Assembly (NCBI GenBank): GCA_043818055.1 | Contig: JBDRGF010000008.1 | Span: forward strand, 1-24,398 | Direction of reading: 5' to 3' | DNA: 24,398 nucleotides | Source: Pseudomonadota bacterium | GTDB taxonomy: Bacteria; UBA10199; 2-02-FULL-44-16; JBDRGF01 | Program-made: the position numbers and the translations under genes | Notes under the pieces: model-generated | The model's database searches: none | What the model was told of the DNA's origin: nothing | What the model saw: the letters and a program-made list of their open reading frames with translations, nothing else | In this document: positions 7,349-16,412 of the stretch, piece after piece | How positions within the stretch are numbered: position 1 is the stretch's first letter | Layout: each line of letters starts with the position of its first letter

Positions 7349-8814
7349 AAAAAATAATTCCTCATTCTTCTGTTTTTGAAATAGACGCTGAATCTAAATG
7401 TAGGGGCAACCCCCCGTGGTTGCCCTTTTGCGGGCGGCCACAGGGGGCCGCCCCTACACAAATTCGATGTCACTTCCCGAAAACTGTGGCATTATTTATC
7501 CCTCTCATAATTTTAATCACTACACTTTTATGTTCGCAGGTGGGATTTACGAAGGAGGAACTATCTATACCAAAGGTGAGCCCTCCGAAGGTCAAAGAGG
7601 ATATGCTCCCAAATGGCATAAAACTCTTTTTTCTGGAGGATAAGTCTCTTCCGATAGTCAATCTGACCACTTATATAAAAGTCGGTTCTATCTACGACAA
7701 TCCAAAGAAGAGGGGGGTGGCCTTCATCACCGGGATGAACCTGATATCCGGCGGAAATGAAAGCTTCGATCCTGAAGCTATTTCAAGGGAGCTGAAAAAT
7801 CTCGGGGCCGAATATCAAACTTCGATCGGCAACGAGTATGGCGACGCTTCAATATCAATTCTATCCAAAAATGCTTTTGTCGGGCTGAAGATCTTTTTCG
7901 ACGCGCTCTTAAACCCACGCTTTGATGAAAAGGAGTTCAAGCTCTCCAAAAGCCTTACGATAGAGCAGATTAAAAGGGATGAGGAGCTTCCCAAAAGCAT
8001 TGTGAGCAAGAACTTTATCATAGAGACATATGGGAAGGATTCTCCCTGGGCAAATTTTCCAACAGTCCGAGAGATCAGAAAAATTAAAAGAAAGGATGTT
8101 GTAGCCTTTCACAAAAACTACATCGGACCTTCAAATATGATCATAGCCATTTCCGGTGATATCAAGAGGGATGAAATAATAAAGCTATTGAACGACTATC
8201 CTAAAGTAGAACTTCAATCGCTACCAACTATTGAAAAAGTTAAACCTGAATTTCAAAAGAGATCAAAATATATCAAAAAGGATGTGACGAATACATTCTT
8301 CCAACTGGGACATTTGGGCGTTGACCGTCACAACCCTGACAAATATGCATTGGAAGTTTTAAATTACATCCTGGGAGGTGGCGGTTTTGAAAGCCGTCTT
8401 TTAAGCGATATTCGTTCCGAAAGAGGACTCGTATATAGCGTTTACAGCTATTTCACATATTATAAGGATTTAGGATATTTTTCAGTAGTCGGCGAGACTG
8501 GAAAAAAAAATGAGGAGGAGGTTTTGACGCTTGTCAAAAAACACCTTGAGGATTTAATCGAGGGCAAAATTTCAAAGGATGATGTGCTGAGGGCTAAAAG
8601 AGCCTTATTATTCAATCAGTTATACTGGGTTGAGAACTCATTCAGCGCAGTCGATCTGATGGCCAGATTAGATCTATTGGAATTTCCCAAAGATTACTGG
8701 AAAACTTATCAAAAAAATGTTTTGAGTATTACTTTAAAAGATGTAAAAGACGTTGCAAAAGAATACCTTAGACCTGATAACTTAATCACTGTAACAGCGG
8801 GACCCGAGAAGTAA
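7345..8814 (+). CDS. M16 peptidase, non-catalytic partner subunit
   Basis: M16-like LPNG, GSIYD, ILGGGGFESRL..IRSERGLVY; HxxEH absent; ATGA overlap with the upstream gene. Confidence 0.9.
   Translation: MKKIIPHSSVFEIDAESKCRGNPPWLPFCGRPQGAAPTQIRCHFPKTVALFIPLIILITTLLCSQVGFTKEELSIPKVSPPKVKEDMLPNGIKLFFLEDKSLPIVNLTTYIKVGSIYDNPKKRGVAFITGMNLISGGNESFDPEAISRELKNLGAEYQTSIGNEYGDASISILSKNAFVGLKIFFDALLNPRFDEKEFKLSKSLTIEQIKRDEELPKSIVSKNFIIETYGKDSPWANFPTVREIRKIKRKDVVAFHKNYIGPSNMIIAISGDIKRDEIIKLLNDYPKVELQSLPTIEKVKPEFQKRSKYIKKDVTNTFFQLGHLGVDRHNPDKYALEVLNYILGGGGFESRLLSDIRSERGLVYSVYSYFTYYKDLGYFSVVGETGKKNEEEVLTLVKKHLEDLIEGKISKDDVLRAKRALLFNQLYWVENSFSAVDLMARLDLLEFPKDYWKTYQKNVLSITLKDVKDVAKEYLRPDNLITVTAGPEK
7400..7457. 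repeat. GTAG-family REP doublet inside a coding sequence
   Basis: GTAGGGGCAACCCCCCGTGGTTGCCCT...GGGCGGCCACAGGGGGCCGCCCCTAC; left arm identical to that at 21563. Confidence 0.9.
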
Positions 8815-8854
8815 CATTGGATTTGTGTAAGAGACTGTCCGAAAATGTATTAAT

Positions 8855-8916
8855 GTAGGGGTTGGCCCCTGTGCCGACCCGTTAAGACCAGGGCAGCAAC
8901 AGGGGGCTGCCCCTAC
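8855..8916. repeat. GTAG-family REP doublet
   Basis: GTAGGGGTTGGCCCCTGTGCCGACCC...GGGCAGCAACAGGGGGCTGCCCCTAC, with imperfect outer inverted flanks (CTGTCCGAAAA / TTTTCGAACAG). Confidence 0.88.
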
Positions 8917-8981
8917 AAAAAGCAAAACATGATGTTTTCGAACAGCATCGCAAAGTACTGAGTCATTACGGAGAATAGTGA

Positions 8982-10688
8982 ATGATAAAGGAGAAGATCA
9001 AATCGAGCATCAACAAGAGGCTCATTCAACTGCAGAAGGAGAAGGTGCTCGCATTTGAGAAATTGCCCGATTTTGAGCTCAGTCCACCTAATTTGGAAGC
9101 GCACGGCGATTTGAGCACTAATGTCGCACTGATGCTCGCATCATCCTTAAAGCTTCCTCCCAGAAGGGTCGCGGATCTCATCGTAAGTGAGATTGCCAAG
9201 GATCTTGAGAATATCGTAACTAAAGTTGAGATAGCAGGTCCCGGATTTATCAATTTTACAATCTCCCCTCATTATTATTTCAAAGAGCTGGAAAATATCT
9301 TCAAGGCGGGAAAAAAATTCGGAAGATCGGATCAGGGAAAGGGAAAACTGGCTAATGTAGAATTCGTCAGCGCTAATCCCACAGGCCCTCTTCATATAGG
9401 ACATGGCCGTGGCGCGGTATTTGGCGACGTGGTGGCGTGCATCCTCTCCGAAGTGGGATACAAGGTGCATCGGGAGTATTACATCAACGACGCCGGCAAC
9501 CAGATGGCTACCTTGGGTCGCTCTGTCTTATTGCGAATGAAGGAGATGGATGGTGAGAAGGTCGATTTCCCATCGGATTGCTATCAGGGCAACTACATCC
9601 GCGACATAGCGAAAGAGATCAAAGGAAAGTATGAAAAAAAGATAAATAAACTAGAAGAATCAAAACTCATAGAATTTTGCACAAAATATGCCGCCGATCT
9701 CATCCTCGAGGGAATAAAAACAGACCTCGACAGGTTGGGAATCAGGTTCGACAAATATTTCTCTGAAAGGGACCTATATGAGAGGGATGAGGTGAATGCC
9801 TCTCTGAAATTCATGCGAAAAAAGGGACTTGTTTACGACAAGGATGAAGCTGTCTGGTTCAAGTCGACCGATTACGGCGATGACAAGGACAGGGTGCTGA
9901 TCAAAAAAGATGGTTCATTCACCTATTTTGCTTCGGACATCGCCTATCATAAGGATAAGTTTGGGCGGGGATATTCAAAGGTGATAGATATCTGGGGAGC
10001 GGATCACGCAGGGTACGTAACAAGGACTAAAGCAAGCGTCTCGGCGCTGGGACACGATGAAAAGGATTTCAACGTCATACTCATCCAGCTCGTGAACCTG
10101 ATCAGGAAGGGTGAGCTCGTCTCTATGTCGACGAGATCTGCAACCTACGAAGAGCTTGGTGCTGTCCTCGATGAGGTTGGGTCAGACGCGTGCAGATATT
10201 TCTTCCTCATGAGATCACACAATGCAAAACTCGATTTCGACATGGAGCTCGCCAAGCGCCAGGCGCCTGACAACCCGGTTTATTATATTCAATACGCGCA
10301 TGCCAGAATTTGCAGCGTCTTTTCTAAGGCTCTGGAAAAAGGTGTTGAGCTTAAATCTAAAAAGGTGGATATAACCAGACTGGATCTGCCGGAAGAACTC
10401 AGACTGGCGAAATTTTTGCTCGAGTATCCATCTGTCATTGAGAGTGCAGCCAGAGAGCTTGAACCTCATCATCTGACATTTTATCTCTATGAACTCGCGC
10501 AAAACTTCCAGGGATACTATAGCAAGGGAAAAGATGACCCCCGATACAGAATCCTACAGGAGGACCCGGATATTACGAATGCCAAGTTGTATCTCTTGAA
10601 AAATATTCAAATTGTGATATTAAATGGACTTACACTCTTGGGTATTAGTGCCCCTCAAAGAATGTCAAAGGATGAGGAAGTCGCCTGA
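8982..10688 (+). CDS. argS: arginine--tRNA ligase
   Basis: VEFVSANPTGPLHIGHGR (HIGH motif), WGADH, YIQYAHARI. Confidence 0.98.
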   Translation: MIKEKIKSSINKRLIQLQKEKVLAFEKLPDFELSPPNLEAHGDLSTNVALMLASSLKLPPRRVADLIVSEIAKDLENIVTKVEIAGPGFINFTISPHYYFKELENIFKAGKKFGRSDQGKGKLANVEFVSANPTGPLHIGHGRGAVFGDVVACILSEVGYKVHREYYINDAGNQMATLGRSVLLRMKEMDGEKVDFPSDCYQGNYIRDIAKEIKGKYEKKINKLEESKLIEFCTKYAADLILEGIKTDLDRLGIRFDKYFSERDLYERDEVNASLKFMRKKGLVYDKDEAVWFKSTDYGDDKDRVLIKKDGSFTYFASDIAYHKDKFGRGYSKVIDIWGADHAGYVTRTKASVSALGHDEKDFNVILIQLVNLIRKGELVSMSTRSATYEELGAVLDEVGSDACRYFFLMRSHNAKLDFDMELAKRQAPDNPVYYIQYAHARICSVFSKALEKGVELKSKKVDITRLDLPEELRLAKFLLEYPSVIESAARELEPHHLTFYLYELAQNFQGYYSKGKDDPRYRILQEDPDITNAKLYLLKNIQIVILNGLTLLGISAPQRMSKDEEVA

Positions 10689-11446
10689 TGACTAACGAAT
10701 TTCGCGAAGACACAAGGATCGAAGCGGACGACAAGTTTTTCTGTCGTTTTACGTTTGGGCAGTTCTTCGCGCTTTTGATCTTCGAGGCCTTCATACTCTT
10801 TTTCATCTTCTATCTCGGCGCGCGCTACGGAAGAACTTTTTTAGGAATGGATGTGGCCAGACAGGCTGCCGAAACCTCGCAGGCCAGGGTGCTTTCTACA
10901 GAGGACCCTGAGGTTAGAAAGCTTGCTGACGAGCTGATGAAAAAGTCCGGGAAGCCGGTACAGCTCAAAGAGCGGATAGCCGAGATGCTAAAGGATACAA
11001 AGCTTGAGGATGATCCCCCCTCTATCAGGGTAAAAACTTCACCGATGCCGCAACCTCATACGGAAGCTCCAACAGAGGTCGAAAGGAATCCGACATCAGA
11101 TGATGATATCAGACCCGTCACAACTATATCGAAGAGAGGATCTTCAGACCAAAGCACTACCTCTACAAATAAAAATGATGTGATCAGAATCAAGACCCCT
11201 TCACAGTCGAGATATTCGATACAGATCGGATCATATCCCAAAATGTCGGAGGCCTCTGACATGGTGCAAACATTGAAGGGTAAGGGATATCCGGCCTATA
11301 TGATGATAGCCGATATCCCGGACAGAGGTCGTTGGTACAGGGTACGCGTAGGTGCGTTTGGAACACACGACGAAGCCGACAATTTTCTCGCCAATCTAAA
11401 GCGAAACGAAAAAGTCGAAGCCCTCATCGTTCTGAATGAAAACTGA
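10688..11446 (+). CDS. membrane-anchored SPOR-domain cell-division protein (FtsN/DedD-like)
   Basis: N-terminal TM helix, low-complexity linker, C-terminal YSIQIGSY...GRWYRVRVGAF; follows argS. Confidence 0.88.
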   Translation: MTNEFREDTRIEADDKFFCRFTFGQFFALLIFEAFILFFIFYLGARYGRTFLGMDVARQAAETSQARVLSTEDPEVRKLADELMKKSGKPVQLKERIAEMLKDTKLEDDPPSIRVKTSPMPQPHTEAPTEVERNPTSDDDIRPVTTISKRGSSDQSTTSTNKNDVIRIKTPSQSRYSIQIGSYPKMSEASDMVQTLKGKGYPAYMMIADIPDRGRWYRVRVGAFGTHDEADNFLANLKRNEKVEALIVLNEN

Positions 11447-11460
11447 AAGGAAAAGGCTCC

Positions 11461-11521
11461 AAGTGCTTAAGTTTTCATGTTTTATTACTTAAACACTTCT
11501 ACACTCAAACACTTAAACACT
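11461..11521. repeat. ACTTAAAC octamer tandem repeat with inverted arm
   Basis: ACTTAAAC ACTTCTAC ACTCAAAC ACTTAAAC ACT at 11487-11521; inverted AAGTGCTTAAGT at 11461-11472. Confidence 0.75.
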
Positions 11522-11527
11522 TTTTTT

Positions 11528-13321
11528 ATGCAATCTAAAATCAGAAATTTTTGTATAATCGCCCATATCGATCATGGAAAATCGACGATCGCTGACCGGA
11601 TTTTGCAGATCACAGGGGCGGTTCCGGATCGCGAGATGAAAGAGCAGATACTCGATTCCCTCGATCTCGAACGCGAGAGAGGCATCACTATCAAATCGCA
11701 GGCGGTCACGCTCAACTATAAATATAAAGATGGAGAGTTGTACCACTTAAACCTCATAGATACCCCCGGACACGTCGATTTTCACTATGAGGTCTCGAGG
11801 TCTCTTGAGGCCTGCGAAGGGGCGCTACTCATCATCGACGCCGCACAGGGAGTTCAGGCGCAGACGATGGCCAACGCCATTCTTGCGATGTCAGCAGGTT
11901 TAACAATCATACCTGTGATCAATAAGATCGATCTTCCAAATGCTGACATCTCCGGCGTAAAGGAGCAGTGCGAGGCAATGCTTACGATCCCGGCAGACAA
12001 TGCAATCTGTGTGAGCGGAAAGACGGGTGCCGGTATCCACGAGCTTCTGGATGCGATTATAGAACAGATTCCGCCTCCACCCGGAAACTCCGAAAAACCT
12101 TTGCGAGCTCTGATCTTCGACAGCTGGTTTGATAACTATCAGGGAGTGACTGTACTCCTGAAAGTCGTCGAGGGAAAAATTTCTTTCGGAGATCAAATAC
12201 AATGCATGAACACAGGAAGTATCCATGAGGTGACGAGACTCGGAATCTTCACGCCAAAACCCCTGGATGTCCCCACGATAGAGACGGGCAACGTCTGTTT
12301 TGTTGCAGCAGCTATCAAGGACCTCAAAGATGCGAAGGTAGGAGACACTGTAACCCATCTCAACAACAAAGCCCATAAGCCGCTTCCCGGTTTCAAGGTT
12401 GTAAAACCGATGGTATTCGCGGGATTTTATCCCATAGACTCGGCAAAATATGGCGAGCTTCGTGACGCGCTTGAAAAGTTGCAGCTCAATGACGCATCCC
12501 TGACATTCGACCCTGAGAATTCGATGGCGCTTGGTTTTGGTTTCAGGTGCGGATTTCTGGGATCGCTTCATATGGAGATTATTCAGGAGAGGTTAGAGAG
12601 GGAATTTGGAGTCGATCTCATAACAACAGCACCGAATGTCGTCTATCATGTATTGAACACAACAGGCGCCCTGATTGAGGTTCATTCGCCGGCAGATCTG
12701 CCGCCAACTGAAGAAATAGAAGAGATCAGAGAGCCGTATGCGCTCGTAACGATACATCTTCCGCAGGAACATCTCGGCAAGATCCTGACACTCTGTCAGG
12801 AGAGACGAGGCGAGCAGAAGAAGATGGAATTTTTCGCCATGAACAAAGTTATGTTGGAATACTATCTGCCGCTGGCCGAGATGATTTTCGATTTTCATTC
12901 ACAGCTCAAAAGCCTCTCTAAGGGTTACGCTTCGCTAGATTACGAGATAAAGAGCTACAAAAAGGCTGATCTGGTGAAACTCAATGTGCTCTTAAACGGC
13001 GATCCGGTCGATGCGCTTTCGATGATCGTACCGAAGGATAATGCTTACTATCTCGGAAAAGATCTGGTCGAGAAGATCAGAAAAGTTGTTCCCAGACAGA
13101 TGTATGACGTCGCGATTCAGGCGGCTGTCGGAAACCGTATCATCTCAAGAGAAACAGTCAAGGCGCTGAGAAAAGATGTTACAGCGAAATGCTATGGCGG
13201 CGACATCAGTAGAAAGAGAAAACTCCTGGAGAAGCAAAAAGAGGGTAAGAAGAGGATGAAGAGGGTGGGAAAAGTCGATATCCCACAGGAGGCATTTTTA
13301 TCATTGTTGAAAGTGAAATGA
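11528..13321 (+). CDS. lepA: translation elongation factor 4
   Basis: [57 protein letters not shown]; start at ATG 11528. Confidence 0.98.
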   Translation: MQSKIRNFCIIAHIDHGKSTIADRILQITGAVPDREMKEQILDSLDLERERGITIKSQAVTLNYKYKDGELYHLNLIDTPGHVDFHYEVSRSLEACEGALLIIDAAQGVQAQTMANAILAMSAGLTIIPVINKIDLPNADISGVKEQCEAMLTIPADNAICVSGKTGAGIHELLDAIIEQIPPPPGNSEKPLRALIFDSWFDNYQGVTVLLKVVEGKISFGDQIQCMNTGSIHEVTRLGIFTPKPLDVPTIETGNVCFVAAAIKDLKDAKVGDTVTHLNNKAHKPLPGFKVVKPMVFAGFYPIDSAKYGELRDALEKLQLNDASLTFDPENSMALGFGFRCGFLGSLHMEIIQERLEREFGVDLITTAPNVVYHVLNTTGALIEVHSPADLPPTEEIEEIREPYALVTIHLPQEHLGKILTLCQERRGEQKKMEFFAMNKVMLEYYLPLAEMIFDFHSQLKSLSKGYASLDYEIKSYKKADLVKLNVLLNGDPVDALSMIVPKDNAYYLGKDLVEKIRKVVPRQMYDVAIQAAVGNRIISRETVKALRKDVTAKCYGGDISRKRKLLEKQKEGKKRMKRVGKVDIPQEAFLSLLKVK

Positions 13322-13466
13322 AAATAAAAGCGCATGTAGCATGTGGCATGTAGTATGTAGGCAAAGAATCAATAACTTGCCCTTCCCCCTGAATGGGGGA
13401 AGGTGCCCGTAGGGCGGATGGGGGTGAGTTTTTCACTACATGCTACATGCCACATACGGTTATTTT
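13321..13466. repeat. composite repeat cassette: ATGTAGC heptamer arms around a CCTTCCCCC...GGGGGAAGG palindrome
   Basis: Inverted heptamer arrays at about 13332-13360 and 13436-13457 enclose GCCCTTCCCCCTGAATGGGGGAAGGTGCCCGTAGGGCGGATGGGGGTGAG, which recurs at 14361, 15404 and 16928. Confidence 0.9.
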
Positions 13467-13484
13467 AACGGAAGGGAGAATGTG

Positions 13485-14297
13485 ATGGAGGAGATAAAAA
13501 GTACAGAGGGTAGCGCTGAGGTAAAAAAAGAGACATCTATTGATCAGATATTCACAGATGTGGCTTCAAAGAAGAAGAAGGGGAAGACCCGGGAATTTAT
13601 AGAGGGGGTTCTTTTGGCCCTTTTGATCGCTGGATTTCTAAGGTCATTTGTATTTGAAGCCTACAAGATTCCTTCAGCATCGATGACTCCCACACTCCTT
13701 CCCGGCGATCATATCTTTGTAAATAAATTCATCTACGGTCCGAGAATTCCATTCACCAAGATCCGCCTCTTTGATTACAAAAAGCCCAAACGGGGAGAGG
13801 TGATGGTCTTCATGTATCCGGAGGATGAGAGCATTAACTTTATTAAGAGGGTGATCGGCCTGCCGGGCGACAAAGTTGTAGTGGATGACACCAATCTCTA
13901 CATAAATGGAGAGCTCATCCCACACGAATTCCTCGATGTAGCTCCATCAGAGATAGAATCAGAATATAACAAGATCCTTCTGACCAACAATGAAGAATTC
14001 CATAAATTTGACATCCTTCCCGGATGGGATGAAGATGATTATTACCTCGAAAAACTGGACGATATTAACCACATCACCCACTACAGACGTTTTTCCATAA
14101 GGGGAAAAAAAGAATTTGAAGTTCCTGAAGGTCACTATTTTGTCATGGGCGACAACCGCGATGATTCGAGGGATAGCCGCGAGTGGGGTTTTGTTCCCGA
14201 AGAGAATGTCAAAGGCAGGGCGATGTTCATCTGGTTTCCCCTCGACAAATACTTCGGTGGGGTCAGATGGCACGATTTTGGCAAATGGATCAAATAG
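13485..14297 (+). CDS. lepB: signal peptidase I
   Basis: IPSASMTPTL, FIKRVIGLPGD, GDNRDDSRDSREWGFVP; follows lepA; AAGGGAG RBS before ATG 13485. Confidence 0.97.
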   Translation: MEEIKSTEGSAEVKKETSIDQIFTDVASKKKKGKTREFIEGVLLALLIAGFLRSFVFEAYKIPSASMTPTLLPGDHIFVNKFIYGPRIPFTKIRLFDYKKPKRGEVMVFMYPEDESINFIKRVIGLPGDKVVVDDTNLYINGELIPHEFLDVAPSEIESEYNKILLTNNEEFHKFDILPGWDEDDYYLEKLDDINHITHYRRFSIRGKKEFEVPEGHYFVMGDNRDDSRDSREWGFVPEENVKGRAMFIWFPLDKYFGGVRWHDFGKWIK

Positions 14298-14532
14298 TTC
14301 GTGAAGCGTCCACCCGTGAAGCGTGAAGCGCGGGGAAATTACATTAATTTTTCCCTCTATGCCCTTCCCCCTGAATGGGGGAAGGTGCCCGTAGGGCGGA
14401 TGGGGGTGAGTTTTTTACTACATACCACATGCTACATGCTCAAAATCTGTTTTTCTTGTTCTCGGTGTCATTCCCTTGATAAACTGATACAATTCCTCGC
14501 GCTTCACGCTTCACGGGTGGACGCTTCACGAA
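14298..14532. repeat. MITE-like composite cassette with perfect 35-bp inverted arms
   Basis: 14298-14332 is the exact reverse complement of 14498-14532; the arms enclose the palindrome element (14361-14415) and TACATGC heptamers. Confidence 0.92.
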
Positions 14533-14534
14533 TT

Positions 14535-15290
14535 TCATCCTCTCATTCCCCTATAAGATCTTCTGATTTTTTTCAGTTCGACGGTCTTGTCGGTTTTGAC
14601 AGTCTCTTTTGGTGATTCAGTTTTTTCCAGCTTTTTTAGATCCTTTAAGGTCTCTTTTTCCTTTGTAGGTTCTGCACTGAAATGCGATGCCTGGCGCATC
14701 GCCTCGGTTGTTGCAACTACAGAGGCACCAAGCTTTGTAATATCTTCGAGATCCTTGTCTAACCCCTGAACGAGGAGCTTGTCGAAGAGGAGCTCGAGAT
14801 TGTGCAGGGGGGAGGGATATTTTTCTATGAGCCTAGCGATCAGGGCTTTGGCCTCTTTTTTTATCTCAAGGAGGCCATCCTCTTTTCGATATCTTTTTTT
14901 CAATTCGTCGAAGAATTTTTTAAGGTCAGCATCTCCCAGACTCGTCGATGGAACGATCGACGAATCGACGAGGTCCTGAAAACCTTCATCGGTGTATTTC
15001 CCTTCGTTGATCTTCATCGCGTCGAAGGGGACCTTGATCTCGCCCTTATATCTATATTGCTCGAGCGTCATAAAAGCGCCATGATCGAGCAAATAGTTTC
15101 CATCGGGCGCTTTCCACTGATCGAAGATCTTCACCCACTCATCGATAGAGATGTGCTTCGTATCGACAAATCCCATCAGCCAGAGGGCATTGACCTCATT
15201 CAATTTGTAGATGATCTGTTTTCCGTCAGAGGTCTTTGGAATATCCTCCCAAAGGCTTTCCATCATATCGAAATCGAGTAATAGGGGCAT
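14535..15290 (-). CDS. hypothetical protein (251 aa)
   Basis: Long ORF with GGAG RBS and protein-like composition; no recognisable family. Confidence 0.88.
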   Translation of the reverse strand: MPLLLDFDMMESLWEDIPKTSDGKQIIYKLNEVNALWLMGFVDTKHISIDEWVKIFDQWKAPDGNYLLDHGAFMTLEQYRYKGEIKVPFDAMKINEGKYTDEGFQDLVDSSIVPSTSLGDADLKKFFDELKKRYRKEDGLLEIKKEAKALIARLIEKYPSPLHNLELLFDKLLVQGLDKDLEDITKLGASVVATTEAMRQASHFSAEPTKEKETLKDLKKLEKTESPKETVKTDKTVELKKIRRSYRGMRG

Positions 15291-15330
15291 GGTTTTCTCC
15301 AGTAAACGGGAAAGTTCTTAGATCTGTTTC

Positions 15331-15359
15331 TGTATAACAGAATTTATTTTAAAACACAA
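15331..15359 (-). promoter_or_regulatory. possible sigma70-like promoter for the 251-aa gene
   Basis: Minus strand TTGTGT-N17-TATACA with a TG extension; weak match in AT-rich DNA. Confidence 0.3.
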
Positions 15360-15370
15360 AATGCAAAAGG

Positions 15371-15557
15371 CGCATGTAGTATGTAGGCAAAGAATCAATA
15401 ACTTGCCCTTCCCCCTGAATGGGGGAAGGTGGCCTCAATGACATTTCCGCTGTGCTCTGCCCCCTTGAGGGGGGAAGATGCCCGCAGGGCAGAAGGGGGT
15501 GAATGCATTTGGCCGGATGGGGGTGAGTTTTTCACCAAATACTACATGCCACATGCG
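15371..15557. repeat. composite repeat cassette with a nested second palindrome
   Basis: Same architecture as 13321-13466 (shares GCAAAGAATCAATAACTT), with a 76-nt insert at 15435-15510. Confidence 0.9.
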
Positions 15558-15561
15558 GTTT

Positions 15562-15960
15562 TTATACTGTTTTCCCGTAATTCGGTATCCCTCTGTCAGC
15601 TCGATAGAGCTCATCATGGAATTTTGCAAAATTGAGCTTCGATGCAACCTCCAATTTCTGCCGCTCTTCAATTGTCTTTTTAAGTGGTTCATTAATTTCA
15701 GCAAGCTTAGCAACTTCAAGTTCGACATCTGCTGCTAGTTCTGTTGTAGCCTTTACTTCCTTAGCAGCGTCAGTCTGTATGGCTAATTTTTCCATTTCCG
15801 TATCGAAGTTCGTCTTATTTATGGCAGTCTGAGTATCGATTTCTTTCTGAGCCAAATTGAACTGAACGTCAGCAACTCTTAAATCCCTCAGACCATTCAA
15901 TAAGTTGGTTGTTACATTCGTTAGCGCACCAATTCCAAAACCTAAGGATATATCACTCAT
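15562..15960 (-). CDS. hypothetical coiled-coil-like protein (132 aa), ends RGIPNYGKTV
   Basis: AAGGAGG RBS; third gene of a tightly packed operon. Confidence 0.88.
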   Translation of the reverse strand: MSDISLGFGIGALTNVTTNLLNGLRDLRVADVQFNLAQKEIDTQTAINKTNFDTEMEKLAIQTDAAKEVKATTELAADVELEVAKLAEINEPLKKTIEERQKLEVASKLNFAKFHDELYRADRGIPNYGKTV

Positions 15961-15970
15961 AATGCCTCCT

Positions 15971-16390
15971 TTATGCTACGTTTCCGTAATAATAGGGTGA
16001 TCTTGCACTAAACGACTTGTTGAGTGCTAAGGCTTGTGCCCTCTGTGTCTTGTAATATTCTGTCAGCCTGTGCATTGCGAGCTTGGTATTGTCAGCATGC
16101 TTTCCGGCTTCTGTCTTCTTGTCAGCTACATATTTGACCATATCCTTCTGGTATTCTGCGAGCGTTTTTTGTGTTTCCATAGCTTGTGTTGAAAGTTTAA
16201 AATTGTTTTCCAATTTTGTCGTTTCAAGATCGAACTTTCTTCCCAGAATTTCGAATCCGTTCCCAATTTTAATTCCTTCCAGTACACCGTTTGTAACGCT
16301 GTTGAGCATATCTGCGCCCATGCTCAAGCCTACAATTGTTTTCGTATCCTTCTTATCAACCGGTAAACTTAAATTTAGACCTTTTGCCAT
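15971..16390 (-). CDS. hypothetical coiled-coil-like protein (139 aa), ends RSPYYYGNVA
   Basis: GGAGGA RBS; second gene of the operon. Confidence 0.88.
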   Translation of the reverse strand: MAKGLNLSLPVDKKDTKTIVGLSMGADMLNSVTNGVLEGIKIGNGFEILGRKFDLETTKLENNFKLSTQAMETQKTLAEYQKDMVKYVADKKTEAGKHADNTKLAMHRLTEYYKTQRAQALALNKSFSARSPYYYGNVA

Positions 16391-16412
16391 AAATTCCTCC
16401 TATTTTTTGTTA

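Noticed and set aside
7345..8814. Pseudogene status of the second M16 gene
   Set aside because: The frame is intact; lack of HxxEH with a retained R/Y motif is normal for the partner subunit of heterodimeric M16B peptidases.
11900..12571. 223-aa antisense ORF within lepA (and other antisense or overlapping ORFs in the track)
   Set aside because: They lie fully within well-supported conserved genes and show no independent signals.
1283..13484. Longer N-termini in the track for HAD, larE, speB, the first M16 subunit, lepA and lepB
   Set aside because: The extensions run through repeats or overlap upstream genes; downstream ATGs fit RBS, coupling or family starts better.
14301..14615. 104-aa ORF (and similar ORFs at 13206, 15429, 15435, 15478)
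   Set aside because: They are translations of repeat cassettes or shadows of real genes, with no RBS.
15925..15945. GFGIGAL resembling a viral class I fusion peptide
   Set aside because: A short low-complexity Gly/hydrophobic match that is expected by chance; not evidence of homology.
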